A DNA stretch of 64,000 nucleotides from Thermodesulfobacteriota bacterium. Its GTDB lineage: Bacteria > Desulfobacterota > QYQD01. The notes under the pieces were generated by a model that saw nothing but the letters and a program-made list of their open reading frames with translations, did not search any database and was not told the origin of the DNA. A program made the position numbers and the translations under genes. Of the stretch, positions 1-10,281 are shown one piece after another. How positions within the stretch are numbered: position 1 is the stretch's first letter; every line of letters begins with the position of its first letter. The stretch covers positions 73,853-137,852 of the forward strand of contig JBFMFO010000002.1 in assembly GCA_040754095.1 (NCBI GenBank). The letters are read 5' to 3'.

Positions 1-28
1 TGAAAACTAACGAACTACAGGTTGAGAA

Positions 29-691
29 ATGTTCACCGGAATCGTAGAGACCCTGGGTACCGTAAGAAAAAAGGCCTCTTCCGGCGAGGGGTTGAGACTT
101 ACGATTGAGGCCGATATAAAGTGGTCTGACCTGATGCCGGGAGAAAGTATTAGTGTGAACGGGACCTGCCTGACCGCAACAGATTTATCCGGTCCGGTAT
201 TTACCGTAGATGTCTCTCCTGAGAGCATCCGCCGGACTACCATGGGCCGGATCAATATAGGCGATAAGGTAAACCTGGAAAGGGCATTAAGGCCCACAGA
301 TCGCCTGGGCGGTCATATCGTGACCGGACATATAGATGCGACAGGGGTTGTCTTGAGCCGGCAGGAGCAGGCCGCTTTTACCCTGTTTTCTATTCGGATT
401 CCAGAGGGATTTGCCGGATACGTGATAGAAAAGGGATCCATCGCCGTAGATGGCATCAGCCTTACAGTAAACGATTGCCATGATTCTTTGTTCTCTGTAT
501 CCATCATCCCTTTTACTGCCCGGCACACCACTATAGGCCGGCGCAAAGCGGGCGACGCCGTTAATATCGAATTTGATATTATCGGCAAGTATGTGGAAAA
601 ATTGCTCTCAAGGGGCCGGAACGATAAGGCCGGGGATGTAGAGAAGGGCGGGATCAGCCGGGAGTTTCTGGCCGAACATGGGATTGTCTAA
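29..691 (+). CDS. ribE: riboflavin synthase alpha subunit
   Basis: N-terminus MFTGIVE and the two-lumazine-binding repeat architecture typical of riboflavin synthase; sits upstream of ribBA and ribH. Confidence 0.9.
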   Translation: MFTGIVETLGTVRKKASSGEGLRLTIEADIKWSDLMPGESISVNGTCLTATDLSGPVFTVDVSPESIRRTTMGRINIGDKVNLERALRPTDRLGGHIVTGHIDATGVVLSRQEQAAFTLFSIRIPEGFAGYVIEKGSIAVDGISLTVNDCHDSLFSVSIIPFTARHTTIGRRKAGDAVNIEFDIIGKYVEKLLSRGRNDKAGDVEKGGISREFLAEHGIV

Positions 692-712
692 GCAAGCTAA
701 GGAGATAATAAA

Positions 713-1918
713 ATGCCTGTAACTACCATTGAAGAGGCCCTGAAAGATATTAAGGCCGGAAAGATGGTCATCCTGGTTGATGATGAGGACAGGGAAAACG
801 AGGGCGACCTGACCATGGCAGCGGAAAAGATTTCACCGGAGGCCATTAATTTCATGGCCCGTTATGGCCGGGGTCTGATATGCCTTTCTCTTACTCAAGA
901 AAAGATTGAACAGTTGCAAATTCCTATGATGATCGGCCATAACACATCCCCTTTTCGAACTGCCTTCACTGTATCCATAGAAGCAAAACGGGGGGTAACT
1001 ACCGGAATTTCTGCGGCAGACCGCGCCACAACCATACTTACCGCCATTGCCGACGATGCCGGCCCTGATGATCTGGTCATGCCCGGGCATATTTTCCCAT
1101 TAAGGGCGCGTAAAGGCGGTGTTTTGGTGCGCACCGGCCAGACCGAAGGCTCGGTTGATCTGGCCAGAATGGCCGGATTGAAACCGGCCGGCGTCATCTG
1201 CGAGATCATGAAAGATGACGGCACCATGGCCCGTCTCCCTGATCTGGAGATATTCGCGGCAGAACATAACCTTAAGATCGTTACCGTCCGTGATATAATA
1301 GAATACCGGCTCAGAAACGAGAGCTTTGTGCATCGGGCGGCAACGACGCTTCTTCCTACCCTATACGGCGGGGAATTTACGGCCATAGCCTACACTAATG
1401 ATATAGACGATAGCGAGCACCTAGCCCTGGTTAAGGGTGAGATTAACCCTGAAGATGAAGTTCTGGTGCGCGTCCATTCCGAGTGTCTTACCGGCGACGT
1501 GTTAGGCTCCCTGCGTTGCGATTGCGGTAAACAATTGCAGGCCGCCATGAAAATGGTGGAACGGGAAGGGAAGGGGGTTATACTTTACATGGCCCAGGAG
1601 GGCCGGGGCATAGGCCTTGTCAATAAGATCAGGGCCTATGCCTTGCAGGATCAGGGAAGGGATACGGTAGAAGCCAATTTAGAGCTGGGCTTTAAAGCCG
1701 ACCTCAGGGACTACGGCATAGGCGCACAAATACTGCACGATCTTGGCGTTCGCAAGATGAGGCTTCTGACCAATAACCCCAAAAAGATTATTGGCCTGGA
1801 GGGATACGGCCTTAGGGTTACAGAAAGGGTGCCTATCGAAGTCCCTCCCGGTAAAGAGAATATCCGTTATCTCAAGACTAAAGAGAAAAAGATGGGGCAT
1901 ATATTGAACCTTGATTAA
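713..1918 (+). CDS. ribBA: bifunctional 3,4-dihydroxy-2-butanone-4-phosphate synthase / GTP cyclohydrolase II
   Basis: 401 aa; DHBP synthase N-half and GTP cyclohydrolase II C-half (CxxC...C zinc motif, CDCGKQL); RBS GGAG upstream. Confidence 0.92.
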   Translation: MPVTTIEEALKDIKAGKMVILVDDEDRENEGDLTMAAEKISPEAINFMARYGRGLICLSLTQEKIEQLQIPMMIGHNTSPFRTAFTVSIEAKRGVTTGISAADRATTILTAIADDAGPDDLVMPGHIFPLRARKGGVLVRTGQTEGSVDLARMAGLKPAGVICEIMKDDGTMARLPDLEIFAAEHNLKIVTVRDIIEYRLRNESFVHRAATTLLPTLYGGEFTAIAYTNDIDDSEHLALVKGEINPEDEVLVRVHSECLTGDVLGSLRCDCGKQLQAAMKMVEREGKGVILYMAQEGRGIGLVNKIRAYALQDQGRDTVEANLELGFKADLRDYGIGAQILHDLGVRKMRLLTNNPKKIIGLEGYGLRVTERVPIEVPPGKENIRYLKTKEKKMGHILNLD

Positions 1919-2008
1919 ACTTTTAAGCGTTCAGCAGTCAGCCGTCAGCAATCGGTAGTGAGATTGGTTGATAAAATCAATAAATTTTTAAAAAAAGAGG
2001 GAAGAAAC

Positions 2009-2497
2009 ATGGCCAGAGTATTCGAAGGCAAGGTACGGGCCGAAGGGCTCAAGATAGCCATTATCATCAGTCGATTTAATGACTTTATCGGTGAACGCCT
2101 TATGGGCGGGGCCATGGATGCCTTGCTGCGTCACGGAGCAAGCGAAAAGGATATCGATATATACAAGGTTCCGGGGGCCTTTGAGATTCCGCTGGTGGCC
2201 AAAAAGGCAGCTGCCGCCGGTAAATATGATACTGTAATCTGCCTGGGCGCGGTCATCAGAGGGGCAACGCCACATTTTGAGTATGTCAGCGCCGAAGTCT
2301 CCAAGGGAATAGCCCAGGTATCTCTAGATACCGGTGTTCCTCTGGCTTTTGGTATCCTTACCACAGACACTATTGAGCAGGCCATTGAACGCGCCGGAAC
2401 TAAAGCAGGCAACAAGGGATGGGACGCGGCTCTGGCCGCTATTGAAATGGTCAATCTTATTAAGGCCATTCACCGCAAGGACACAAAGGAAACCTAA
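2009..2497 (+). CDS. ribH: 6,7-dimethyl-8-ribityllumazine synthase
   Basis: MARVFEGK...SRFNDFI lumazine synthase signature; start moved to the ATG at 2009 behind an AAGAGGGA RBS (the six-frame ORF began at 1958). Confidence 0.9.
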   Translation: MARVFEGKVRAEGLKIAIIISRFNDFIGERLMGGAMDALLRHGASEKDIDIYKVPGAFEIPLVAKKAAAAGKYDTVICLGAVIRGATPHFEYVSAEVSKGIAQVSLDTGVPLAFGILTTDTIEQAIERAGTKAGNKGWDAALAAIEMVNLIKAIHRKDTKET

Positions 2498-2685
2498 GAT
2501 AAGAAGAGGTAACTACTCGGGTATCTTGCCACAAAGGCACCAAGATATCTTATATGTTTTCTTTTTGTGTCTTAGTGGCTGAATAGTTAAAAAAATAGTC
2601 AATGTTTTTTAAAAATTTGCGTTCTTTGCGTCTTGGCGGTGAAAAGGTATTACAACTGCCGGAACCTCTTTGAAAGACTTATCGT

Positions 2686-3111
2686 ATGGGCATTCGCCGG
2701 AAGGCACGAGAAAGCGCTCTTCAAATATTGTACGAAATGGACCTGACCGGGTCGGGGGCGGAAAAGGCGACGTCCGCCTTCTGCGCTTCATTTAAGATTC
2801 CGGAGCAGGCACATGATTTCTGCTTACGACTGGTCAAAGGTGTCGAGACCCATCGGGGACAAATAGATAGTTTAGTTAATGGGCATTCTGAGCACTGGCG
2901 GCTGAATCGAATGTCGCGGGTGGATCGGAATATCTTGCGGCTGGCTGCATTTGAACTCTTGTATTGTGACGACATCCCCCCTAAGGTAACTATCAACGAG
3001 GCAGTAGAGCTGGGTAAAAAATTTGGGACCGAAGACTCCGGTCCTTTTATAAATGGAATACTGGACGCCATCTACGATGCCAAGATAAAGAAGCTCATAG
3101 CTGGTAGCTGA
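2686..3111 (+). CDS. nusB: transcription antitermination factor NusB
   Basis: RRKARESALQILY N-terminus; 141 aa; classic ribH-nusB linkage. Confidence 0.9.
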   Translation: MGIRRKARESALQILYEMDLTGSGAEKATSAFCASFKIPEQAHDFCLRLVKGVETHRGQIDSLVNGHSEHWRLNRMSRVDRNILRLAAFELLYCDDIPPKVTINEAVELGKKFGTEDSGPFINGILDAIYDAKIKKLIAGS

Positions 3112-3181
3112 TGGCTCATAGCGATCAGCCATGAACCATGCGCCATGAACATTGTCAGGGTAGGAGTGATAAAACTTAGTT

Positions 3182-5680
3182 ATGACGGAAGTACAAGCGA
3201 ATAACTACGCCTTTCAAGAAATAGAGACGCGCTGGCAGGCGTATTGGAAAGCGAATAAGACTTTTAAGACCGAAGCAGACGGTGCAAAGGATAAATTTTA
3301 TCTCCTTGAAATGTTCCCTTATCCCTCAGGCAGGATTCATATGGGGCATGTCCGCAACTATACCATAGGGGATGTCTTTGCGCGCTACAAGCGAATGAGA
3401 GGCTATAACGTACTCCACCCCATGGGCTGGGATGCCTTTGGACTTCCGGCAGAAAATGCGGCCATAAAACATAAAATTCATCCTGCCCGGTGGACATATG
3501 AGAACATCAATTATATGCGTTCTCAGCTGCAAAAAATGGGATTTAGCTATGACTGGGACAGGGAGATTGCCACCTGCGATCCAGGCTATTATCGTTGGGA
3601 ACAGCTATTTTTTATCGAGATGCACAAGAAGGGGCTGGCATATCGCAGGGAATCTCCAGTTAACTGGTGTGAAAAATGCGGCACGGTTTTAGCTAACGAA
3701 CAGGTAGTGGGAAGCGGTGTCTGCTGGCGCTGCGACACGCCGGTTACTATTCGCCGGTTGAAGCAGTGGTTCTTTAGAATCACGGCTTACGCCGAAGAGC
3801 TGCTGGCGGAATGTGACCAGCTTACCGGTTGGCCTGAAAAAGTGGTTACCATGCAAAAAAACTGGATCGGCAAGAGTGAAGGGGCCGAGATCCACTTTCC
3901 TGTCGAGGGTTCCGATAAAAAGATAACGGTATTTACCACCCGGCCGGACACCGTCTTCGGAGCTACTTTTATGAGCCTGGCGGTTGATCATCCGTTAGTC
4001 CTCGAACTTTCCTGTAGCGCCTCGCGGGAGGCCGCTGTGCTGGCCTTTGTAGAAAAAGAAAATCGTGAAAAAAGATTGCGTACCGGGGGCGAAGACTTTG
4101 AGAAGGAAGGCGTCTTTACAGGGGCCTATTGTCTGAATCCCCTTACCGGCCGGCGTATGCCCATATTCGCAGCCAATTTTGTTTTAATGGAGTATGGCTC
4201 CGGCGCAGTCATGGCCGTACCGGTACACGATCAGCGTGATTTTGAATTTGCCCGCAAGTACGGTCTGGACGTTGTGGTGGTTATTCAACCGCCGGGAGAG
4301 AAGCTCTACCCTGAAAATATGACTGAGGCCTATGTCGAAGAAGGCACAATGGTCAACTCCGGTCAATTCAATGGCATGAACAGCAACGAGGCCAAGGGGG
4401 CGATTGTTCGTCACCTTGAAGTAACCGGCCTGGGCAAAAAGGCGGTAAGTTACCGGCTGCGGGACTGGGGTATCTCCAGGCAGCGCTACTGGGGCGCGCC
4501 GATACCCATTATTTACTGTGATACATGTGGCGCTGTGCCTGTCCCGGAAAAGGATCTGCCGGTTGTGCTTCCCCTGGATGCCGAAATAGATGAGACGGGC
4601 CGCTCACCTCTTCCCCGGCTCAGTTCCTTTGTCAACACCACGTGCCCTTCCTGCGGCGGGGCCGCCCGCCGGGAAACAGACACCATGGATACATTTGTTG
4701 AGTCTTCATGGTACTTTGCCCGCTATGCCTGTCCCGACTACGCGGAAGCCCCTCTTGACCGGGCCGGAGTCGATTACTGGCTGCCGGTTGACCAATATAT
4801 AGGCGGGGTAGAGCATGCCATACTTCATTTATTATATGCGCGTTTTTATACCAAAGTACTGCGTGATCTAGGCTGGCTTAATATAAATGAACCGTTTAGA
4901 AATCTCCTTACTCAGGGAATGGTCATAAAAGACGGAACAAAGATGTCGAAGTCCAAGGGCAATGTGGTCGATCCCGATGACCTTATAACTCGCTATGGCG
5001 CAGATACAGTACGCCTTTTTTCCCTGTTTGCCGCCCCTCCGGAACGCGACCTGGAGTGGAGCGACCAGGGCGTGGAGGGCGCCCATCGTTTCCTGAATCG
5101 GATCTGGCGCCTTGTAACTGAAAACCGGGGTACAATAGACCAATCTCCGGCTGTAATCAATATATCTGAACTAAAGGGCGAGTCAAAGGCGCTGCATCGT
5201 AAGATTCATCAGACCATTAAAAAAGTCGGCACTGATATTGAAGACAGATTTCATTTCAATACCGCCATAAGTGCTATAATGGAACTGGTCAACGATGCTT
5301 ATGGTGTCATCGGATCAGGCGATAAAAATCCGCAGACCCTGGCTGTCTTGAAACTGGCGATAGAGACCGTCATCGTATCACTCTCACCGTTTGCGCCTCA
5401 TATTTCCGAAGAGCTGTGGCAAACCATGGGGCATAAGGAACTGCTCTCATCAGCTTCCTGGCCTTCCTATGATGAAGATGCAGCCCGCCAGGAAAAAATA
5501 GAGCTTGTTGTCCAGGTCAACGGCAAAGTACGCAGCCGTGTCGAGGTGGATGCCGGGCAAGGAGAATCAGAGATCAAGGCAGCCGCCATTAGCGACCTGC
5601 GTATCAAAGAATGGATTAATGGAAAAGAAATTAAAAAGGTCATCATAGCCGGGAATAAATTGGTAAACATCGTGATTTAG
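3182..5680 (+). CDS. leuS: leucyl-tRNA synthetase
   Basis: 832 aa; class I aaRS motifs HMGH ([15 protein letters not shown]) and KMSKS present. Confidence 0.95.
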   Translation: MTEVQANNYAFQEIETRWQAYWKANKTFKTEADGAKDKFYLLEMFPYPSGRIHMGHVRNYTIGDVFARYKRMRGYNVLHPMGWDAFGLPAENAAIKHKIHPARWTYENINYMRSQLQKMGFSYDWDREIATCDPGYYRWEQLFFIEMHKKGLAYRRESPVNWCEKCGTVLANEQVVGSGVCWRCDTPVTIRRLKQWFFRITAYAEELLAECDQLTGWPEKVVTMQKNWIGKSEGAEIHFPVEGSDKKITVFTTRPDTVFGATFMSLAVDHPLVLELSCSASREAAVLAFVEKENREKRLRTGGEDFEKEGVFTGAYCLNPLTGRRMPIFAANFVLMEYGSGAVMAVPVHDQRDFEFARKYGLDVVVVIQPPGEKLYPENMTEAYVEEGTMVNSGQFNGMNSNEAKGAIVRHLEVTGLGKKAVSYRLRDWGISRQRYWGAPIPIIYCDTCGAVPVPEKDLPVVLPLDAEIDETGRSPLPRLSSFVNTTCPSCGGAARRETDTMDTFVESSWYFARYACPDYAEAPLDRAGVDYWLPVDQYIGGVEHAILHLLYARFYTKVLRDLGWLNINEPFRNLLTQGMVIKDGTKMSKSKGNVVDPDDLITRYGADTVRLFSLFAAPPERDLEWSDQGVEGAHRFLNRIWRLVTENRGTIDQSPAVINISELKGESKALHRKIHQTIKKVGTDIEDRFHFNTAISAIMELVNDAYGVIGSGDKNPQTLAVLKLAIETVIVSLSPFAPHISEELWQTMGHKELLSSASWPSYDEDAARQEKIELVVQVNGKVRSRVEVDAGQGESEIKAAAISDLRIKEWINGKEIKKVIIAGNKLVNIVI

Positions 5681-5702
5681 GCATAAGAAAGGTTACATTA
5701 AA

Positions 5703-6218
5703 ATGGAGAGATACGCTAGAGTTATCATTCCGTTACTGCTATTTTTTTTCATCTCCGCCTGTGGGTATCACTTTAGCGGACAAGGCAACCCCTTTTCCGA
5801 AGATATAAAGACCATAGCTATTCCGGTATTCAGTAATCAGACGGGAGAGGCAGGGTTCGAAAATTATTTTACAAACCAGTTGGTCTATGAATTTACAAGC
5901 CGGAAAAGGCTGAAGGTGGTCGATATCAAGGATGCGGATGTCGTTCTAAAAGGTAAAATAAAGTCGATTAACCTGCCGGATATATCCTTTAGCGGCACTT
6001 ATCTGGGGCTGGAAAGGAAGGCGGTAGTTACGATAGACGCGGTATTAGAAAAACGCGACGGCAGCGTACTCTGGCAGAACAAAGACATAATCAGAGAAGA
6101 GGTCTATAAGGTGGAGAGCAGCCCCCTTACCACAGAAAGTAATAAGCAGGCGGCCCTTCATAAGATCGCCACTGACCTTGCCGAGATGATCCACATGCGG
6201 ATATTTGAAGACTTCTAA
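5703..6218 (+). CDS. lptE: LPS-assembly lipoprotein LptE-like
   Basis: Lipoprotein signal peptide with lipobox (FISACG); 171 aa; conserved position immediately after leuS. Confidence 0.6.
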   Translation: MERYARVIIPLLLFFFISACGYHFSGQGNPFSEDIKTIAIPVFSNQTGEAGFENYFTNQLVYEFTSRKRLKVVDIKDADVVLKGKIKSINLPDISFSGTYLGLERKAVVTIDAVLEKRDGSVLWQNKDIIREEVYKVESSPLTTESNKQAALHKIATDLAEMIHMRIFEDF

Positions 6219-6227
6219 TTGATGAAT

Positions 6228-6395
6228 TCGTAAAAAGCCCAAAATATCACGCAACGCCGCCAAGGACGCAAAAAAATAGAATTTGGAACTCAGGAACTCA
6301 TGAAAAAATCTTTCATTCCTGATTTTTTGATTTCCAGATTTTAATTTTTCCTTCGCGGTCTTTGCGCCTTTGCGTGAGAAATAGAAATGGCCTGT
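6228..6395 (-). repeat. MITE-like element, family A copy 1 (~170 bp; terminal inverted repeats of cgcaaag(g/a)cgcaaag type)
   Basis: About 85-90% identical to the reverse complement of 9092-9264; TIR-like ends cacgcaacgccgccaaggacgcaaa / ttcgcggtctttgcgcctttgcgtg. Confidence 0.75.
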
Positions 6396-6423
6396 ACCTG
6401 TATAGATACAAGCCATTTCTGAC

Positions 6424-6702
6424 TTAGCTTTGTGAGCCGGATTGAAGAGCGTTTACATGTCTGGTCAAACGCGAAATTTTGCGAGCAGCGTTTCTGTGAT
6501 GGAGTGTCCCCTTGGAAGCAGCCTTGTCGATGACCGGAATAGCTTTAGCCAGAGACTCCTTGGCCTTATCCGGTGATTTTTCTGCCATAGCTGTCTGGAC
6601 TGCTTTGATTACATTTTTAACCCGGGTTTTAATAGCTTTATTAATTTCCTGTTTTTTTTCAGCCTGTTTAGCCCTTTTAATCGCTGAGTTATGATTAGCC
6701 AA
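6424..6702 (-). CDS. rpsT: 30S ribosomal protein S20
   Basis: MANHNSAIKRAKQAEKK... basic 92-aa protein typical of S20. Confidence 0.9.
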   Translation of the reverse strand: MANHNSAIKRAKQAEKKQEINKAIKTRVKNVIKAVQTAMAEKSPDKAKESLAKAIPVIDKAASKGTLHHRNAARKISRLTRHVNALQSGSQS

Positions 6703-6981
6703 CTCCCGCCCTCCTTAGAAAATCCTGAATTATCTTGAACTAAAGCACTCATATAAATAATTGGTTAAAGGTATTATGTCAAGGTTTTTCCGACTCTTTG
6801 TCGGCGGCTTCGTAAAAAAAAGTCCCCAAATACCTCGCCCCCTTTTGTTAACATATATCATTTTGGTAGTGCGTATACATAATCCTGTGCTAAAATAATT
6901 TGGAATCAGAGATATATTCCCCGCCGGCTATAGCCGTCCTGGAGATATACAAATTGAAGGCGCTGGAGCGCAAAACTTAAC

Positions 6982-7845
6982 ATGCCGGAACTTCCAGAAG
7001 TCGAGAATATAGTAAGAGACCTCCGGCCAAAGCTCTGTGGTAAGTTTATAAAATGGGTTGAAATCACCCATCCTGGCATAATAGCAGGCACGCCCCGGCG
7101 CATCTCAGACCGGAAAAATAGTCTTCCAGGGCTCCTAAGAAATAAGAAAATCAAAAACCTGTCCCGGAAAGGCAAATGTATTGTCTTTGATCTGTCAAAT
7201 GGCTATGAGCTTAGCATCCATCTGGGCATGACCGGTCAATTATTATACCGGCAGAAGGGCGGGGCGATAGATCGGTATACCCGCATGGTCCTTCATCTTA
7301 ATGATAATCTACATGAATTACGCTTTGCCGATATGCGTCGTTTTGGCTGGGTTTCCCTCCGGTCGAAAATACGCCGGGGCGTGAGACCGGGTGAAGACAA
7401 AAATGCCTATCTGGATAACCTGGGGCCTGATGCCCTGACCCTCGACCTAAAAGGGTTCAAAACCTGTCTCTCTAACCGAACCGGCACAGTAAAAGGTCTC
7501 TTACTCAATCAGCATATTATAAGCGGCATGGGGAATATTTATACGGATGAAAGTCTTTATCGGGCCGACATCCATCCGCAAAAAAAGGTAAGTACGCTCA
7601 CTGAACATGAGATCAAAAGACTCCATAAGGCCATCGGGCAGATACTCAAAGAGGCTATTGTCTGTGGTGGTTCTAGTATCAGCACCTATAGGCTGCCGGA
7701 TGGAAAAGAGGGGGAATTCCAGAGACAGCATAAGGTATATCAGCGGCAAGGCAGACCGTGCCCGCGATGCAAGACGCCTATTGTCAGGATAAAGGTGGCC
7801 GGGCGGGGGACCTATTTTTGTCCAAAATGTCAAAGTGAAAATTAG
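6982..7845 (+). CDS. mutM: formamidopyrimidine-DNA glycosylase
   Basis: MPELPEVE catalytic N-terminus; C-terminal CxxC-x16-CxxC zinc finger. Confidence 0.9.
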   Translation: MPELPEVENIVRDLRPKLCGKFIKWVEITHPGIIAGTPRRISDRKNSLPGLLRNKKIKNLSRKGKCIVFDLSNGYELSIHLGMTGQLLYRQKGGAIDRYTRMVLHLNDNLHELRFADMRRFGWVSLRSKIRRGVRPGEDKNAYLDNLGPDALTLDLKGFKTCLSNRTGTVKGLLLNQHIISGMGNIYTDESLYRADIHPQKKVSTLTEHEIKRLHKAIGQILKEAIVCGGSSISTYRLPDGKEGEFQRQHKVYQRQGRPCPRCKTPIVRIKVAGRGTYFCPKCQSEN

Positions 7846-7924
7846 CGTATAGCGGAACGTTATCATGCTGACTTACTGAAGTTTTCTGAGTTGTTAGGAA
7901 ACCCCTTGTGTTTCTGAGCGAAAC

Positions 7925-8045
7925 TTGCTGGAGCAGCGGGGCCCCCTTCGCGGGCGAGCAGGAAGGGGAAAACCCGTCTTAGGCGGAAAGGGGCAAGCAT
8001 TCCCCGCCTGCGAGTCCGCTGGAGGGGGATCGCTGCGCAAGCCGT
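7925..8045 (+). other. GC-rich structured intergenic element (candidate ncRNA or cis-regulatory RNA) upstream of the radical SAM gene
   Basis: Nested G-run/C-run hairpins (ggcggaaaggggcaagcattccccgcctg; cccccttcgcggg) in an otherwise AT-rich spacer. Confidence 0.25.
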
Positions 8046-8157
8046 GAAGCGAATAAATTAAGGGGGTTCACTTAAGAAATGTAAAATTATAAATAAGATC
8101 AAGTAATATGGGATGCGTCTTTAAAAACTCAGGAACATGCTAAATTAATACGAACTC

Positions 8158-9087
8158 ATGTTCGAACCGGCCTACATAGAAACATATAGAATAAACGAGA
8201 TCAAGCCCCGCATCGAAAAAGCTAATAAAATACTTGAAGAATGTTGCCTATGTCCACGAAAATGCCGAGTTAATCGGATACAGAACGAAAAAGGGATATG
8301 CCGTACAGGCAGACTTCCCATGGTCTCCAGCTTTAGCCCGCATTTTGGAGAAGAGGCCCCGCTTGTAGGTCGGTATGGATCGGGGGCCATATTTATCACA
8401 AACTGTAATCTCCTCTGCGTTTTTTGTCAGAACTGGGAAATCAGTCACCTCGGAGAAGGCGAAGAAATCTCCCTGGAACAATTTGCCCTGCTGATGCTAT
8501 ATTTACAAAACCTAGGTTGCCATAACATCAATTTTGTCACTCCAACCCATGTTGTGCCTCAGATACTGGAGGCCCTATCCATAGCCATTGAGGGCGGACT
8601 TCGCGTCCCACTGGTTTATAATACAGGTGGGTATGATTCCATCGAAACAATTAAGCTACTGGATGGTATTTTTGATATCTATATGCCTGATTTTAAATAC
8701 TGGGATGAAGAGGTGGCCATAAGACTCTCCAAGGCGCCCGGTTACCCGGAGATAGCCGGCCAGGCCATCAAAGAAATGCACCGCCAAGTGGGCGACCTGA
8801 CTGTAGATTCCAATGGCATAGCACAACGTGGACTTCTGGTGCGCCATCTGGTCCTGCCGGATGGTCTAGCCGGGACGCGGGATGTTATGCGTTTTCTGGC
8901 CCGGGAAATATCGCCGAATACCTACGTGAATATAATGGACCAGTATCGGCCCTGCGGCGAAGCGTATAAATATCCTCCCCTTGACCGGCGTATAACTGTC
9001 GAGGAATACCGTGAGGCGATCACGATGGCCGGAGAAGAAGGGATAACCAGGCTTGACCCGCGGAAACGGACACTTATACTGTACTGA
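8158..9087 (+). CDS. radical SAM protein, PflX-like (pyruvate formate-lyase activase homologue, COG1313)
   Basis: CX3CX2C motif (CNLLCVFC) plus an N-terminal Cys cluster; 309 aa. Confidence 0.7.
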   Translation: MFEPAYIETYRINEIKPRIEKANKILEECCLCPRKCRVNRIQNEKGICRTGRLPMVSSFSPHFGEEAPLVGRYGSGAIFITNCNLLCVFCQNWEISHLGEGEEISLEQFALLMLYLQNLGCHNINFVTPTHVVPQILEALSIAIEGGLRVPLVYNTGGYDSIETIKLLDGIFDIYMPDFKYWDEEVAIRLSKAPGYPEIAGQAIKEMHRQVGDLTVDSNGIAQRGLLVRHLVLPDGLAGTRDVMRFLAREISPNTYVNIMDQYRPCGEAYKYPPLDRRITVEEYREAITMAGEEGITRLDPRKRTLILY

Positions 9088-9091
9088 CGGC

Positions 9092-9264
9092 TTCGTAAAA
9101 AGTCAATTTCTCTCGCAAAGGCGCAGAGACTGCGAAGAAAAATGAAAATCTGGAAATCAAGAAATCAGGAATAAAAGATTTTCCATGAGTTCTTGAGTCT
9201 CAAATTCTATTTTTTGCGTCCTTGGTGGCTTTGCGTGATATTTTGTAATTTTTACGAGATCGTC
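9092..9264 (+). repeat. MITE-like element, family A copy 2 (full length, TTCGTAAAAAG ... CTTTTTACGAG ends)
   Basis: Inverted-orientation copy of 6228-6395; both outer termini present. Confidence 0.75.
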
Positions 9265-9284
9265 AACATCGGGGTCTTAAGGTT

Positions 9285-9914
9285 ATGAGCGGTAAACGTA
9301 TATTCGCGGTTGGTGATATTCATGGATGCCTTGCTAAGCTGGAAGGGATGATGGGTATCCTTCCGGTTAACCTCGGCCAGGATATTCTTATCTTTCTTGG
9401 AGACTATATTAACCGCGGTCCGGCTTCCCGTGAAGTCATCGACTATCTCCTGGATTTAAAAACTAAGGCAAGTCATATGGTATTTCTCATGGGCAACCAT
9501 GAAAAGATGTTCCTGGATTATCTTGACCAGGTCAATCCCTTTTTATTCATCCTGAATGGAGGCCAGAAGACCATCGATGCCTATAGCAAAAAAAAGAAGT
9601 TTTCCCTGCCACCGGATCATCATGATTTTTTCCGTTCGCTGCGCCTTATATATGAGACAGAGGACTATATCTTTGTTCATGCCGGCCTCCGGCCTTATTT
9701 GCCGCTAAAGGACCAAAAAATAGAAGACATTCTCTGGATAAGAGAGGCCTTTTTTTCTTCTATGTACGACTTTGGCAAGAAAGTCATCTTCGGTCACACG
9801 CCATTTGGTGAGCCGCTGGTGATGGGAAACAAGATAGGCATTGACACCGGTGCAGTTTACGGCAATAAACTGACATGCGTTGAGCTGCCTGCACAAAAGT
9901 TTTATTCTTTTTGA
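9285..9914 (+). CDS. metallophosphoesterase (Ser/Thr phosphatase / ApaH-like family)
   Basis: GDIHG, GDYINRG and GNHE calcineurin-like phosphoesterase motifs. Confidence 0.7.
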   Translation: MSGKRIFAVGDIHGCLAKLEGMMGILPVNLGQDILIFLGDYINRGPASREVIDYLLDLKTKASHMVFLMGNHEKMFLDYLDQVNPFLFILNGGQKTIDAYSKKKKFSLPPDHHDFFRSLRLIYETEDYIFVHAGLRPYLPLKDQKIEDILWIREAFFSSMYDFGKKVIFGHTPFGEPLVMGNKIGIDTGAVYGNKLTCVELPAQKFYSF

Positions 9915-9971
9915 CCATATTTATACCCCCTTGTCGAGCAATCAGCACTCAGCTATCAGCATGAAGCCGGT

Positions 9972-10038
9972 CCACCGTTCACTGTTGACCGTTTACCGAA
10001 AGAAAATGTCGGACAACGGTTAACGGTTAACGGATAAC
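9972..10038 (+). repeat. CCGTT-rich hairpin repeat, family D copy 1
   Basis: ccgttcactgttgaccgtttaccgaaagaaaatgtcggacaacggttaacggttaacggataac; arms complementary. Confidence 0.6.
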
Positions 10039-10213
10039 AAACATGCTGACGGCTGATGGCGGATAGCTGAAAGCGTGAAGTTCGCCTCGGCGAATCTGCC
10101 TGTGGCACGACCGGAAACAGTAGTTCCCGGCCTATGGTCGGCCCAGGGCCGGATGAGCACTAACTACAACCCGCCAGGAATTTCTAATTAAGATTTAAGA
10201 AAAAAACCCCTCA

Positions 10214-10242
10214 TGCCGATGCAAAAAACAGTGGTAGTCCCA
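10214..10242 (+). promoter_or_regulatory. sigma-28 (FliA)-like promoter upstream of cheA (TTTAAG-N15-GCCGATGC)
   Basis: -10 GCCGAT matches the GCCGATAA consensus; TAAG-type -35 at 15-nt spacing. Confidence 0.3.
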
Positions 10243-10281
10243 TTATGTATAGTCAAATAAGGAAAACTTAGAGGGATAGAG

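Noticed and set aside
7-297. 96-aa minus-strand ORF at the window start
   Set aside because: It is antisense to ribE, whose riboflavin-synthase identity is clear.
7925-8045. Grouping the GC-rich island with the 17297-17445 element as one repeat family
   Set aside because: They share only short motifs (tccgctggagg, ttcgcggg), and these are in inconsistent relative orientation. That is insufficient for homology, so they are kept as separate observations.
8140-8175. tRNA-like GTTCGAACC motif
   Set aside because: It lies at the start of the radical SAM CDS. No acceptor-stem or anticodon-arm complementarity could be built around it. No tRNA was found in any intergenic region.
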